Origin: a virus
Strand: one strand, 5' to 3'
Virus record (IMG/VR): IMGVR_UViG_3300030102_006960
Span: 64,001 to 128,000 of that record
DNA: 64,000 bases
Part shown: piece after piece, positions 1-9,985 of the stretch
Position numbering within the stretch: position 1 is the first letter of the stretch
Layout of the letters: every line of letters begins with the position of its first letter
Translations under genes and position numbers: made by a program
Notes under the pieces: model-generated
The model's database searches: none
The model's input: the letters and a program-made list of their open reading frames with translations, nothing else
Told to the model about the DNA's origin: nothing

Positions 1-1116
1 GCTTACACTCCAGTATTTTAAATCCTCTTCTATTTTAGATAATTGGCTTTCACTAATTTTTATTTTTCTTTTTTTAGATTCATCTAAGGAAACAGAAGGC
101 ATATATGTCCTTTTAATATCATTACCTACAGTAGTTAAGGCACTCCAGTGATTACTTTCACTATCTATTTTACCTGCGACATTTTTACCTGTACAATTTG
201 ATGTTCCACCATAGACATTATCATTGCTCCCTATCGTAGTTATTGCGGAGTTAACTTTTTTTAGAGTGTTTGAACCACAAGTATAAGGCTCAACAATATA
301 AATTTTATTTAAGTCTTTTTCACTATTGTTGATTTCGTTTGCCACCCTATCTGAGTGTCTACCACCAGCACTAAACATAACTACATAAGGATTATTATGT
401 TTTTTTATTTCTGATAAAGGTGAGGGTACATGTGATAGGGTTATTACATTAAAATTATCACCTAAAGCAGACTGTAACATTTCACCTTGTTGTTGGTGTG
501 AATACTTATATTTTTTACCACATTCACCTGCAGAAGAACAACCTGCAATAAAAATTACCGGTTCTTTTTCAGTATTTAGTTCCTCTTTTAATATTTTTTT
601 AATACTTTCATTTAAAGTTCGTAATACATCTGCATCTGTATCAAAAACCTCATCATAATCTCCTTGATGTATTTCATCATCTATGTGAGTTGTTAATTCT
701 GGATTCACCACATCACCATAATCATATTCCCAATCCATTGCGTCTAGGGCAGTATCACTATCATCTGACACGACAGTATTTTTGATTTCTCTCCAAGAAT
801 TTACGTTTTGATAAAATTTAATTTGATACTCTTTCATTTGTGGTACAACTACTTCTTCTATAGAAGCAAAATCACCATCTTTATTTAAAACATTGAATAA
901 ATTATTTTTATATAAAGCATAAAAATACATAAGTATATCCTTATCTAATGCTAAGTTACCTATTATATTAGAATCCATTAAAAGGTTAATATCAGTTTTT
1001 TTATTACTTTTTACTCTACCATCCAAAGTTCTATATATTTCTCTTAATACTGCAATCTCAAAATTATTGAACGGTTGGGTATCAGTAGTATTTCTTATAA
1101 TGTCTTTTAATTCCAT
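1..1116 (-). CDS. Partial (runs off window) modular protein: acidic paralogue-family domain + alpha/beta-hydrolase-like module + further module
   Basis: Not in ORF track; hand translation from ATG at 1116 is open to position 1 (MELKDIIRNTTDTQPFNNFEIAVLREIY...). Contains VIFIAG, VVMFSAGG (nucleophile-elbow-like), IYIVEP and HWSAL. Modules separated by TLNESIKKILKEE and SLDESKKRKIKISESQLSKIEE. ATATTTAT on - strand at 1153-1160. Confidence 0.8.
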   Translation of the reverse strand, partial: MELKDIIRNTTDTQPFNNFEIAVLREIYRTLDGRVKSNKKTDINLLMDSNIIGNLALDKDILMYFYALYKNNLFNVLNKDGDFASIEEVVVPQMKEYQIKFYQNVNSWREIKNTVVSDDSDTALDAMDWEYDYGDVVNPELTTHIDDEIHQGDYDEVFDTDADVLRTLNESIKKILKEELNTEKEPVIFIAGCSSAGECGKKYKYSHQQQGEMLQSALGDNFNVITLSHVPSPLSEIKKHNNPYVVMFSAGGRHSDRVANEINNSEKDLNKIYIVEPYTCGSNTLKKVNSAITTIGSNDNVYGGTSNCTGKNVAGKIDSESNHWSALTTVGNDIKRTYMPSVSLDESKKRKIKISESQLSKIEEDLKYWSVS

Positions 1117-1147
1117 TTGTTTTTTTAAAAATAAATGCTTATCTTTG
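1116..1147 (+). promoter_or_regulatory. Bacteroidota-type housekeeping promoter (-33 TTTG, -7 TATCTTTG)
   Basis: TTTG 1116-1119, 20-nt spacer, TATCTTTG 1140-1147; matches the Bacteroides/Flavobacterium TTTG-N19-21-TAnnTTTG consensus. Confidence 0.7.
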
Positions 1148-1158
1148 TAATAATAAAT

Positions 1159-2064
1159 ATGCAAAAAATGGAGATTATTAAAGAATTATCCGTATTCAAC
1201 AATATAAAATATTATGACGAACCTCATACGTATTATATTGATGGAGAGAAAACAATATCCTGTACTGGTTTCATTCATAAGTTTGAAGAAGACTTTGAAT
1301 CTAATGTAGATAAACCAGATAAATGGGCAGAAAAACAAGGACATATATATAAGGCTAAAAGTATGGCAGATAAGTTTGCACATAAACAAAACTTTTATCC
1401 TATGGAAGGTGATCCGTATGATAGACCTGATTACTCTAAACCAAAACCATCAGAGGAATGTACTAGTGAAGAAGACATCAAAAAGTTATGGAAGTATAAA
1501 AATAATCATGCTACTTTTGAGGGTACAACACTTCACGATTATATTGAGAATTATCTAAATAATAAAATAATGCCTTACCCTACTAAAAGTCCTGAAGGAT
1601 TGGATTTTAGTGAGATAGAAGAAACATATAAGATTATGGAAGGATATTTCCATAACTTTTACAATGATACAGTAGCTAAAGGTAAGTTAGTACCAATTAA
1701 ATCAGAGTTAGTGGTTGGTGATAAAGACTATATGTTATGTGGTATGGTGGATCAGTTATTTTGGAATGAAAGATATGGTACTTTAGAGATATGGGATTGG
1801 AAGACTAATACTCGTCTAAATATGAAGGATGATTATGGTAACAAAATGAAGGAGTGTTTATGGATGTTAGATAAATGTGAATTTAATACATATTCTTTAC
1901 AACTTAATATCTATAAAAAAATAATTGAGAAAAATACTAACTTAAAGGTAGGTAGATGTAATTTAGTTTGGTTCAACGAAGACAACCCAAATTATAAAGT
2001 TATCAAATGTGCAGACTATAGTGAACATGTAGATAATATGTTAACTACTTTAATTCCTGCCTAA
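1159..2064 (+). CDS. PD-(D/E)xK family exonuclease (RecB/Cas4-like fold)
   Basis: H-x-Y near N-terminus, GTTLHDYIE, SELVV, GMVDQL, IWDWKT, YSLQLNIY motifs. Start moved from 1135 to 1159 because the -7 box overlaps the upstream codons. Confidence 0.8.
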   Translation: MQKMEIIKELSVFNNIKYYDEPHTYYIDGEKTISCTGFIHKFEEDFESNVDKPDKWAEKQGHIYKAKSMADKFAHKQNFYPMEGDPYDRPDYSKPKPSEECTSEEDIKKLWKYKNNHATFEGTTLHDYIENYLNNKIMPYPTKSPEGLDFSEIEETYKIMEGYFHNFYNDTVAKGKLVPIKSELVVGDKDYMLCGMVDQLFWNERYGTLEIWDWKTNTRLNMKDDYGNKMKECLWMLDKCEFNTYSLQLNIYKKIIEKNTNLKVGRCNLVWFNEDNPNYKVIKCADYSEHVDNMLTTLIPA

Positions 2065-2104
2065 TCGCGTTGTCTTTTTAATAAAAAATCATTATATTTA
2101 AGGT

Positions 2105-2923
2105 ATGATAAAAAAATTATTTCACATTGCAGATTTACATTTTAGAACCTATAATAGACATAATGAATGTAAAGAAGTCTGTAATAAATTCCTCAATGAA
2201 GTTAAATTTTATATAGAAGATAACAACTTATCTTTTGAAGAATGTAGAATAGTAATTGCGGGAGATATAGTACACCAAAAGATTACTATATCAAATGAGT
2301 TAACAATGTTAGTTTCTTGGTTTCTTAATAAATGTAGTGAGTTATGTCCTGTGGTTTTAATTGCAGGTAATCACGATCTGTTAGAAAATAATAAAGATAG
2401 ATTAGATTCACTAACACCAATAATAGAAATAATGAATAACCCATATGTTAACTATATGACTGAAAGTAAGTGTTATTTAGATGAAAATATAGTTTGGTGT
2501 TGTTATTCTATATTTGAAGAAAACGCTAGACCCGATATTGATGCTTGTAGAAAAGAATATGGTAATGACAAGAAGTACATCGGTTTATTTCATGCACCAG
2601 TTAATGGTGCAATAACTTCAGTAGGTTTCGAATTTGATGAATCTGCAGAGTTAAAGCAGTTCGAGGGGTGTGATGCAGTTATTATGGGTGATATACACCA
2701 TAGACAAAATTTTGTACATAAAGGTATAAATATAACATATTGCGGTAGCTTTATCCAACAAGATTTTGGTGAGAGGGTATCTGAACACGGTTACTTAATA
2801 TGGGATGTAGAACATTTAGATTACACGGAACACGATATAGATACAGAATATGGATATTATGTTTTTAAAATAAACTCTTTAGAAGATTTAGAAGTAGGTA
2901 AAGAATATCTAACTAACGCTTAA
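2105..2923 (+). CDS. Mre11/SbcD-like metallophosphoesterase nuclease subunit
   Basis: ADLH, AGDIVH, GNHD, FHAP, GDIH and GSFIQQDFGE motifs; near Rad50-like gene. Confidence 0.9.
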   Translation: MIKKLFHIADLHFRTYNRHNECKEVCNKFLNEVKFYIEDNNLSFEECRIVIAGDIVHQKITISNELTMLVSWFLNKCSELCPVVLIAGNHDLLENNKDRLDSLTPIIEIMNNPYVNYMTESKCYLDENIVWCCYSIFEENARPDIDACRKEYGNDKKYIGLFHAPVNGAITSVGFEFDESAELKQFEGCDAVIMGDIHHRQNFVHKGINITYCGSFIQQDFGERVSEHGYLIWDVEHLDYTEHDIDTEYGYYVFKINSLEDLEVGKEYLTNA

Positions 2924-3582
2924 TGAGAATACCTAAAAAGATAAGGGACGAAATAAAAGAATTTTGTAAACTCAATGGTATTGAAGATATAGACGATTTT
3001 ATTTTAAAAAATATAAAGACTGGATTTAATATAGAAAAATATGGTAATGCACCTTTTACTAAAGAAGTAGTAGTTGAAAAAGAAGTTCCAGTTGAAATTA
3101 TTAAGGAAGTTGTTGTAGAGAAAGAAGTTCCAGTCGAAATTATTAAAGAGGTGTTAGTAGAAGTACCGGTTGAAAAAGAAATTATTAAAGAAATAACTAT
3201 TGAGAAAGATGTTTATATTAGTGATGATAAACAAATTAATGAATTAGGTATTAAAATAGGTAAATTAGAAAATATTATTAATGAAAAAGAAAAAAATATT
3301 ATTAATATTAAAAATAATATAAACAAAATAGAAAAAGATAATATAATAAAAACAACAGAATCTTTAAATAAAGATAAAGAAATAAAAAAGAATAAAAGTA
3401 TTATAAATAAAAAAGAAAAAGAGATTAAAAAACTTAAAAATACTATTTTAGATTTAGAAAAAGATATAACAAATTTAAAAAATGAAAGTACTATCTCTAA
3501 AGGTAGACCTATTAGAGATATATACGATGAAGATGAGGGAACTGGGGGACATTGGGGTTCTAATCTTATAGATAAAAAATAA
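2923..3582 (+). CDS. Hypothetical protein with KEVVVEKEVPVEII repeats and coiled coil
   Basis: ORF coupled to the upstream stop (TAATG); 42-nt period repeats at ~3061-3210; K/N/I-rich heptads. Confidence 0.75.
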   Translation: MRIPKKIRDEIKEFCKLNGIEDIDDFILKNIKTGFNIEKYGNAPFTKEVVVEKEVPVEIIKEVVVEKEVPVEIIKEVLVEVPVEKEIIKEITIEKDVYISDDKQINELGIKIGKLENIINEKEKNIINIKNNINKIEKDNIIKTTESLNKDKEIKKNKSIINKKEKEIKKLKNTILDLEKDITNLKNESTISKGRPIRDIYDEDEGTGGHWGSNLIDKK

Positions 3583-3586
3583 TAAT

Positions 3587-5968
3587 ATGGAAAATAATAT
3601 TGAAGTGGTAAGAACAAAGAAAATAGTAGACGTTCCAAAAAACGCACAGTTAAGGGTTGATTGGCAAGACTATCCTGAAAATAGAACATTAGAAACAATT
3701 AGTAGAGTTAAAACATATTTCTCTGATAAATATGGTTTACATAAATCATCCATTAAGATAAATTTTATACCTATTTTAAAAAATAGTGTTGGTAAAGTAG
3801 TAGATATTACGGATGGTTTAATCGATAACATAATGGACACCGCATACCAACGTAAATTATTTACTCAATGGATAGAAATCAATGGTATAGATATAAATTT
3901 TGATAGGTTATGTAGATTAGATGATAAAGTCAATGATGTATTAGTAAATTTAGGTGAAGAAGATATAAGATATAGAAGATGGAGTATAACTAAATTATGG
4001 ATTGATAATTTTTTATCCTTTGGTAATGATAATAATATTGATTATAATGGACTTAAAGGGTTAACAATTGTTAATTCTTTACCTGCAAATCAAGGTGGTA
4101 AAACCATTTTTAGTATTGATTCTCTTTTATTTTTGTTTTTTGGTAAAACTACTAAGACAGATACTGCATCAGAAATATTCAACACATTTACAGACAAAGA
4201 TGAAGTAGTAGTAGGTGGTGAAATTAATATAGATGGTGACGAATATATTATTGAAAGAAAATTATTTAGAAAAAAGAGTAAATCTGGTAATTATAAAACC
4301 TCTTCGGAATTAAATTTCTTTAGGGTATTATCTGATGGTAGTTATGAAAATTTAGAGGGAGAACAAAGAAGAGAAACTGATAAACTAATCTCTGAAACTA
4401 TAGGTACTTTTGATGATTTTATGTTAACTATTGTTGCAACTGCAAAAAACTTAGAGGATCTATTAGAAACCAAACCAACCCAAAGAGGTAGACTTTTAAC
4501 TAAATTTATTGGGTTAGAAATTATTGAGAAAAAAGAAGAGATTAATAAAGGATTAATGTCGGATTTTAAAAGTAAGATGAAATCTAATATTCATAACACT
4601 AAAGAGTTAGAATTGGAAATTGAAGATAATTTAGTAAAAGTTAAAGAAAATAAAGAATTAATAAAAGAAAATAATAATAAGTTATTAAAAATAGATGGAG
4701 AAATATCTGAAGCTAATTCTAAAAAAGAAATTCTATTATCAGAAAAATACGTCATAGATGATGAGGTTAGTAATGTTAATCCTAAAACACTTAAAGATGA
4801 AATAGATACTTTAACTGATGAAGGTGTTACTAAGAAAAAATCTTTAGATGATATTATAAAAAACATTACTAAGATAGGTGATGTAGATTATGATGAAGAC
4901 AAACATGATGAGATTAGAGAAGAAGAAAAAGATTTACTATTGAAAGAAAGTAAAGAATTAAGTAATAAAGAAAGAAAAGAATTATTAATAAAAAATTTGG
5001 AGGAGGGAGAAATTTGTCCTACATGTAAAAGAGCATTAGAAGATGTTGATCATAGCAAAGAAATAAAAGAGGAAAAGAAAAATTTAAAAAATATAAAAGA
5101 TTTAATAAAAGTAATACAAAAAGAGTTAGGTGTTACACTTAAGTCTTTGGATAAACAAAGTAATCTAAAAACTATTTCCGATGAAAAAGATAAGTTAGAA
5201 TTAAGTAGAGACAGATTAGAAGTAGAGATTGATGGGTTAAGAGTTGATTTAAAAGAAAAAATGAATCTACATAAGAACTATGAACGTAATATTGAATATA
5301 TTGAGAAGAATAGAAATTTAGAAAGTAAAATATTAGGTTACAATCAATTATTGGAAAAATTAAATAAAAAAAGAGACAGTATTAGAAATGAAATACAAGA
5401 TTTAAAAAACGATAATAAAGTTAAAAAACAAAACAATATTGATAATCAAAATATAATAGAACAAATATTAAGAGAAGAAGAAGTATTAAAAATATTTGAG
5501 ATTTATAATAGGATGATAGGTAAAAATGGTATATCTAAACTAGTTTTATCTTCAGTAATACCTATAATCAATTATGAATTAGACAGACTGTTAGATGAAG
5601 TATGTGATTTTCAAATACAATTAGAGATTAATGATAAAAATGAAGTAGACTTTAATATAGTCAAAAAAGACGTTACTAAAAAGTTAAAGTCTGGTTCTGG
5701 TTTAGAAACAACTTTAGCATCCTTAGCATTAAGATGTGTCTTAGGTAGAATATCAACATTACCAAAACCAAATGTTATAGTTTTTGACGAGGTATTGGGT
5801 AAAGTTGCAAACATAAATTTAGATTATGTTAAAATATTTTTTGATAAAATAAAAAAGATGTATGAGGTGATTTTACTGATAACACATAACCCTATTACAC
5901 AAGATTGGGGTGACAAAATTATTACTATTGAAAAAAATAATGACGTTTCGTCATTGCAAATTAAATAA
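3587..5968 (+). CDS. Rad50/SbcC-like SMC ATPase
   Basis: NFLSFG, Walker A NQGGKT, long coiled coils with CPTC zinc hook, signature SGLE, Walker B IVFDE, ITH. Confidence 0.92.
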   Translation: MENNIEVVRTKKIVDVPKNAQLRVDWQDYPENRTLETISRVKTYFSDKYGLHKSSIKINFIPILKNSVGKVVDITDGLIDNIMDTAYQRKLFTQWIEINGIDINFDRLCRLDDKVNDVLVNLGEEDIRYRRWSITKLWIDNFLSFGNDNNIDYNGLKGLTIVNSLPANQGGKTIFSIDSLLFLFFGKTTKTDTASEIFNTFTDKDEVVVGGEINIDGDEYIIERKLFRKKSKSGNYKTSSELNFFRVLSDGSYENLEGEQRRETDKLISETIGTFDDFMLTIVATAKNLEDLLETKPTQRGRLLTKFIGLEIIEKKEEINKGLMSDFKSKMKSNIHNTKELELEIEDNLVKVKENKELIKENNNKLLKIDGEISEANSKKEILLSEKYVIDDEVSNVNPKTLKDEIDTLTDEGVTKKKSLDDIIKNITKIGDVDYDEDKHDEIREEEKDLLLKESKELSNKERKELLIKNLEEGEICPTCKRALEDVDHSKEIKEEKKNLKNIKDLIKVIQKELGVTLKSLDKQSNLKTISDEKDKLELSRDRLEVEIDGLRVDLKEKMNLHKNYERNIEYIEKNRNLESKILGYNQLLEKLNKKRDSIRNEIQDLKNDNKVKKQNNIDNQNIIEQILREEEVLKIFEIYNRMIGKNGISKLVLSSVIPIINYELDRLLDEVCDFQIQLEINDKNEVDFNIVKKDVTKKLKSGSGLETTLASLALRCVLGRISTLPKPNVIVFDEVLGKVANINLDYVKIFFDKIKKMYEVILLITHNPITQDWGDKIITIEKNNDVSSLQIK

Positions 5969-6044
5969 TTTTACCTATATTTGTCTAAAATTAGGTAATG
6001 GTACTTAATTTGTACATATATATTTAATAACTAAAAGTTTTAAA

Positions 6045-6539
6045 ATGGAACAAATAAGATTAAAAAAATATTGTTTGATAGGTTTAGACGATATAGAACA
6101 AATACAAAAAGATTTAGAGTATATATCAAACGATATTGTAAATTTTGCAACAGGAGAAGAAATTATAATCGCAACATTTAAATCGGAATTAAACATTATA
6201 GAATTAGAAGAATTTTTAAATATGGAAAAAAGAGCGTACATTGTATTTGAAATGTTGCCGGCAACATTTTCCGCAAATTTATTAATTGAAAAATTTCAAG
6301 AAGCTTTATTTGGGGGGAAAGTAGATAACACAGAGTTTACCCCATTATTTGAAGCTAGATTAAAAATGGAAAATATAATGACATCTAGTGAGGAAATACC
6401 TGATTTAAATAAAATAATTGATATAGAACCAATTAAACCAACTATGGATGAACTTTTAGATAAAATTAGTAAAGTAGGGTTAGATAAATTATCTAAAATA
6501 GAAAAACAATATTTAAAAGAATATTCTAAACAACAATAA
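6045..6539 (+). CDS. Hypothetical protein, C-terminal DUF6576-like helix pair
   Basis: C-terminus MDELLDKISKVGLDKLSKIEKQYL resembles the short Bacteroidota domain D.ILDKI...G..SL...EK..L. Confidence 0.6.
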   Translation: MEQIRLKKYCLIGLDDIEQIQKDLEYISNDIVNFATGEEIIIATFKSELNIIELEEFLNMEKRAYIVFEMLPATFSANLLIEKFQEALFGGKVDNTEFTPLFEARLKMENIMTSSEEIPDLNKIIDIEPIKPTMDELLDKISKVGLDKLSKIEKQYLKEYSKQQ

Positions 6540-6549
6540 ACTAAAAATT

Positions 6550-7365
6550 ATGGATTATAGAAGATATATTAACACTAAGGAAGATTCCATGTCTAAATAT
6601 TTAAAAGATGTGAGAAAAAGTGAACAGATTACACCACAACAAGAAATAGAAATTGCTAAGAGGATTGCTGCTGGTGATGAAAAGGCTATTGATGAATTAG
6701 TTATGGCAAATTTACGATTTGTTATTGCAATAGCTAAAGAATATCAAAATCAAGGCATATCACTTGCAGATTTAATATCGGAAGGAAATTACGGATTAAT
6801 AACTGCCGCTAAAAGATTTGATTACACTAAAGGTTTTAAATTCATATCTTATGCCGTGTGGTGGGTTAAACAAGCTATACTACAATGTTTAAATGATAAT
6901 TCCAGAATGGTAAGGATACCTGCGAATATGGTTAATAAATTATCTAAAATAAAAAAAGAAATAGAACAATTTGAAAAAGAGTTTGAGAGATTACCTACTG
7001 CTGATGAAGTAGAATATGTACATGTGCCCACTTGTGGGTCACTCAACAAACAAATTAATGAAGATGGCGATGAATTAGGTGCACTTATAAAAGATGACAC
7101 TTTTGCTAGTCCAGATTCAAATGTAGATAAAAATGATACATTAAGTGGTAGACTTAAAAAAGTTATGTCTTATTTAAGTGACAGAGAAAGAGAGATAGTT
7201 AATTGTTATTTTGGTATTTATGGGAGCCCTATGACTTTAGAAACTATTGGAGAAGAATTAGGGTTAACTAAAGAGAGAATACGACAAATTAAAGAATCTG
7301 CAATACGAAAAATTAGGAATAATGTAGGAGACATATTTGATTATATGGATGAAGATGAACTATAA
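6550..7365 (+). CDS. RpoD/SigA-family sigma-70 factor, Bacteroidota type (no region 1.1)
   Basis: YLKDV (1.2), ANLRFVIAIAKEY, DLISEGNYGL, GFKFISYAVWWVKQAI, RMVRIP, TLETIGEELGLTKERIRQI (4.2). Confidence 0.93.
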   Translation: MDYRRYINTKEDSMSKYLKDVRKSEQITPQQEIEIAKRIAAGDEKAIDELVMANLRFVIAIAKEYQNQGISLADLISEGNYGLITAAKRFDYTKGFKFISYAVWWVKQAILQCLNDNSRMVRIPANMVNKLSKIKKEIEQFEKEFERLPTADEVEYVHVPTCGSLNKQINEDGDELGALIKDDTFASPDSNVDKNDTLSGRLKKVMSYLSDREREIVNCYFGIYGSPMTLETIGEELGLTKERIRQIKESAIRKIRNNVGDIFDYMDEDEL

Positions 7366-7384
7366 AATTTCAACTATTTAATAT

Positions 7385-7411
7385 AAAGGGGGTAAATAAC
7401 CCCCTTTTTTT
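7385..7411 (+). terminator. Intrinsic terminator
   Basis: AAAGGGGGT-AAATA-ACCCCCTTT then T run after the sigma gene. Confidence 0.85.
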
Positions 7412-7482
7412 ATATACTTTTTTATGTTTTGCTATTATTTATTGTAACAGATATTTATATAATATAAAATAAAAAAAAAGAT

Positions 7483-7785
7483 ATGAAAAAATTAGTAGAA
7501 TTTATTGACAAATGGGGAACTAGATTAACATTCGCTTTAGTTTTAATTATTTTTCTTAAAACCTGTACTACAAATGGTAAAATAGAAAAAGTACAAAAAG
7601 AATTAAATAATAAAACTGTTACAATCGATAGTACACTAAATAAAATTAATAATAAGATTATTACTGAAGAAAAAATGATTAATCTTATTAAAGAAGTCCC
7701 TAATTGGAAAACATTGGAATTAGAAGAGTTATCGGATAAAAACAGAATTCCTATAAATAAACTAAAAAACGATAACGAAAAATAA
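7483..7785 (+). CDS. Small membrane-anchored/lipoprotein-like protein
   Basis: Hydrophobic stretch ending LIIFLKTC; ATATTTAT at 7451. Confidence 0.6.
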   Translation: MKKLVEFIDKWGTRLTFALVLIIFLKTCTTNGKIEKVQKELNNKTVTIDSTLNKINNKIITEEKMINLIKEVPNWKTLELEELSDKNRIPINKLKNDNEK

Positions 7786-7796
7786 AAATTTAAATT

Positions 7797-8819
7797 ATGA
7801 AGCTGATTGGAAATTGGATTAAAAACAATCCTATAAGAACATTGTTTTTAATTCCTATAATATTAGTGGCAGCGATATCTATTTCTCACGTAGTAACATG
7901 GTATAGTATAGCGAACCCAATTAATTGGGCAATATACCTTTCTATTGCAATAGAAGTTGGTGCAATGACTGCATTAGTTGCTGCAACTAATAGAGTAAAA
8001 GGTGGTGTGTGGTTTATGTTTGGGTTGGTTACCTTCATTCAAATGGTAGGTAATATATACTTTTCTTTTAAAGAAATAGATACTAGTGGAGAATTGTGGT
8101 TATCATGGATAGAATTAACTACACCAGTATGGGAAATGGTTGGTACGGATTTAACAGATACATTAGCACTTAAAAGATGGTTAGCATTTTTAGAAGGTGG
8201 TTTGTTACCTGTTATTTCACTTACTTCATTACATTTCTTTGTAAGATACGATAGAAATCAAAGTGAAGAAATAGATAAAGAAAAAATTATTAAAGAATAT
8301 TTTGATAATAGAAATAAAAAAATGGTTGATATAGTGGAAAATAGAAAAAAAGATAAAGAAGATGAAACTGAACACCTTTTGAAATCAGAAAAGAATAAAG
8401 AACATTTAGAAGAATCTATAGAACAGGCGGAAGAGATAAGTAAAAAAATAGATGAAAAAGATTTTTATGGTGAAAGTGATGAGGAAGTTACGTGGGAAGA
8501 AGATCCTGAAGTGCAAGAATTTTTAGAAAAGATGGATGAACCAGGTCCATGGTCAGAGGAAGATGATAAAATATATACAGTAGGAGGGTTAACTGCCGAT
8601 AAAGAAGGAGACTTTATGAAGTTTCAAAAAAAACAAGAAGATTTAGAAAAAAAAATTAAAAACAAAGAAAAAAAAGAATCTGAAATTCTTAAAAAAGCAA
8701 TTGACGAGTATCAAACTAAAAAAGAAGAACCAAAAAAAAAAGTAACTGAAAAATCAAGATTAATACCTACAGAATACGGTAAAGTCAGATCTAAAACCAA
8801 TATTAAAAGGATTGATTAA
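7797..8819 (+). CDS. Multi-pass membrane protein with charged C-terminal tail
   Basis: About four hydrophobic segments in the first 150 aa, then an E/K-rich tail. Confidence 0.7.
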   Translation: MKLIGNWIKNNPIRTLFLIPIILVAAISISHVVTWYSIANPINWAIYLSIAIEVGAMTALVAATNRVKGGVWFMFGLVTFIQMVGNIYFSFKEIDTSGELWLSWIELTTPVWEMVGTDLTDTLALKRWLAFLEGGLLPVISLTSLHFFVRYDRNQSEEIDKEKIIKEYFDNRNKKMVDIVENRKKDKEDETEHLLKSEKNKEHLEESIEQAEEISKKIDEKDFYGESDEEVTWEEDPEVQEFLEKMDEPGPWSEEDDKIYTVGGLTADKEGDFMKFQKKQEDLEKKIKNKEKKESEILKKAIDEYQTKKEEPKKKVTEKSRLIPTEYGKVRSKTNIKRID

Positions 8820-9427
8820 TGAATATTGATAGATTAACATATGAATTAAATAAAGAAAATTACCATAAAAAAGAGTTTGATAAAAAACAAATAGTTATCG
8901 GTAATACGTTTAATCAAAAATTATATCATTTTAATGGGTGGTTAACTAAAATGGATGGGGAATTTACTAAAACTGCTAATTATACCGTTACCACAAAAGG
9001 TGAAATTTATGAACATTTTAATCCTAAATATTATTCCGATTTTTTAAATGAAAAAAGAAATGATAAAAAAATAATTTCAATAGTTTTAGAAAATAGAGGT
9101 TGGTTAAAAAAAGATTTATTATCAAATAAATATTTTGATTGGGTAGGTAATATTTATAAAAGAAGAGTTAATGTAGTAGAAAAAAGATGGAGGGGACAAC
9201 AATATTGGGATCCTTATACACCTAAACAGTTAAAATCTACTATTAATTTAGTTAAATATTTATGTGAAACACATAATATAAATAAAAAATGTGTAGGACA
9301 TAATACTTATATTAAAGAAATAGAGGAGTTTGATGGTGTTACGTATAGGAGTAATTACTATAAAGATAATACTGATGTTAACCCTTCTTGGGATTTTAGA
9401 AAATTTAAAGAAAAAATAGAAAATTAA
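8819..9427 (+). CDS. Amidase_2/PGRP-fold protein, probably catalytically degenerate
   Basis: KQIVIGNT, YTVTTKGEIY, ISIVLEN, YTPKQLKS, DVNPSWD layout; Zn-ligand His positions appear substituted. Confidence 0.65.
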   Translation: MNIDRLTYELNKENYHKKEFDKKQIVIGNTFNQKLYHFNGWLTKMDGEFTKTANYTVTTKGEIYEHFNPKYYSDFLNEKRNDKKIISIVLENRGWLKKDLLSNKYFDWVGNIYKRRVNVVEKRWRGQQYWDPYTPKQLKSTINLVKYLCETHNINKKCVGHNTYIKEIEEFDGVTYRSNYYKDNTDVNPSWDFRKFKEKIEN

Positions 9428-9448
9428 AAAAAAATAAAAACAAAAGAT

Positions 9449-9985
9449 ATGAGTCAACACGATGAAACTAAAAAAATATTAGAATTAATTAGAGAAGGTG
9501 GTAGTAAATCTATTTTAAATAAAACTTTAATTACTGAACAGGATTTAAACGTTCAAAAACAAGATGAAAATTCTTTAGATCCTACAGAAATGAAAGAACA
9601 AGAAAGATTGTTTAGAGATACTGTAACACAAAGAGTTAAATTTAACCAAATGAAACTTTATCCAAAAGCACAAAATGTAGAATGGAGTGGAGAATTTACA
9701 GATAATGCAGTAGAATGGTTTTATTCGTTAGACGATACACAAGGTGTTTACGTCACTACAGAGTTATTACAACTTAGAGAAGACACAATGAAACTTTTAC
9801 AAAAATTAATTGCATATTATAAAACATGGTCAGATGATTGGGCTAAAAGAATTGCGGAAGAATATGAAAATCAACAAACTGATGAAGAAAACGCAGAAGA
9901 AGGTCCAGACAGTATGAACTCGCCAGGATTTGGGGAAGAAGGTGAAGGAGAATCCATGCCTAACCCAACCGAAGAAAATGCTTAA
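9449..9985 (+). CDS. Hypothetical acidic protein
   Basis: Clean ORF in operon; LIRE/LITE motifs near N-terminus. Confidence 0.7.
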   Translation: MSQHDETKKILELIREGGSKSILNKTLITEQDLNVQKQDENSLDPTEMKEQERLFRDTVTQRVKFNQMKLYPKAQNVEWSGEFTDNAVEWFYSLDDTQGVYVTTELLQLREDTMKLLQKLIAYYKTWSDDWAKRIAEEYENQQTDEENAEEGPDSMNSPGFGEEGEGESMPNPTEENA

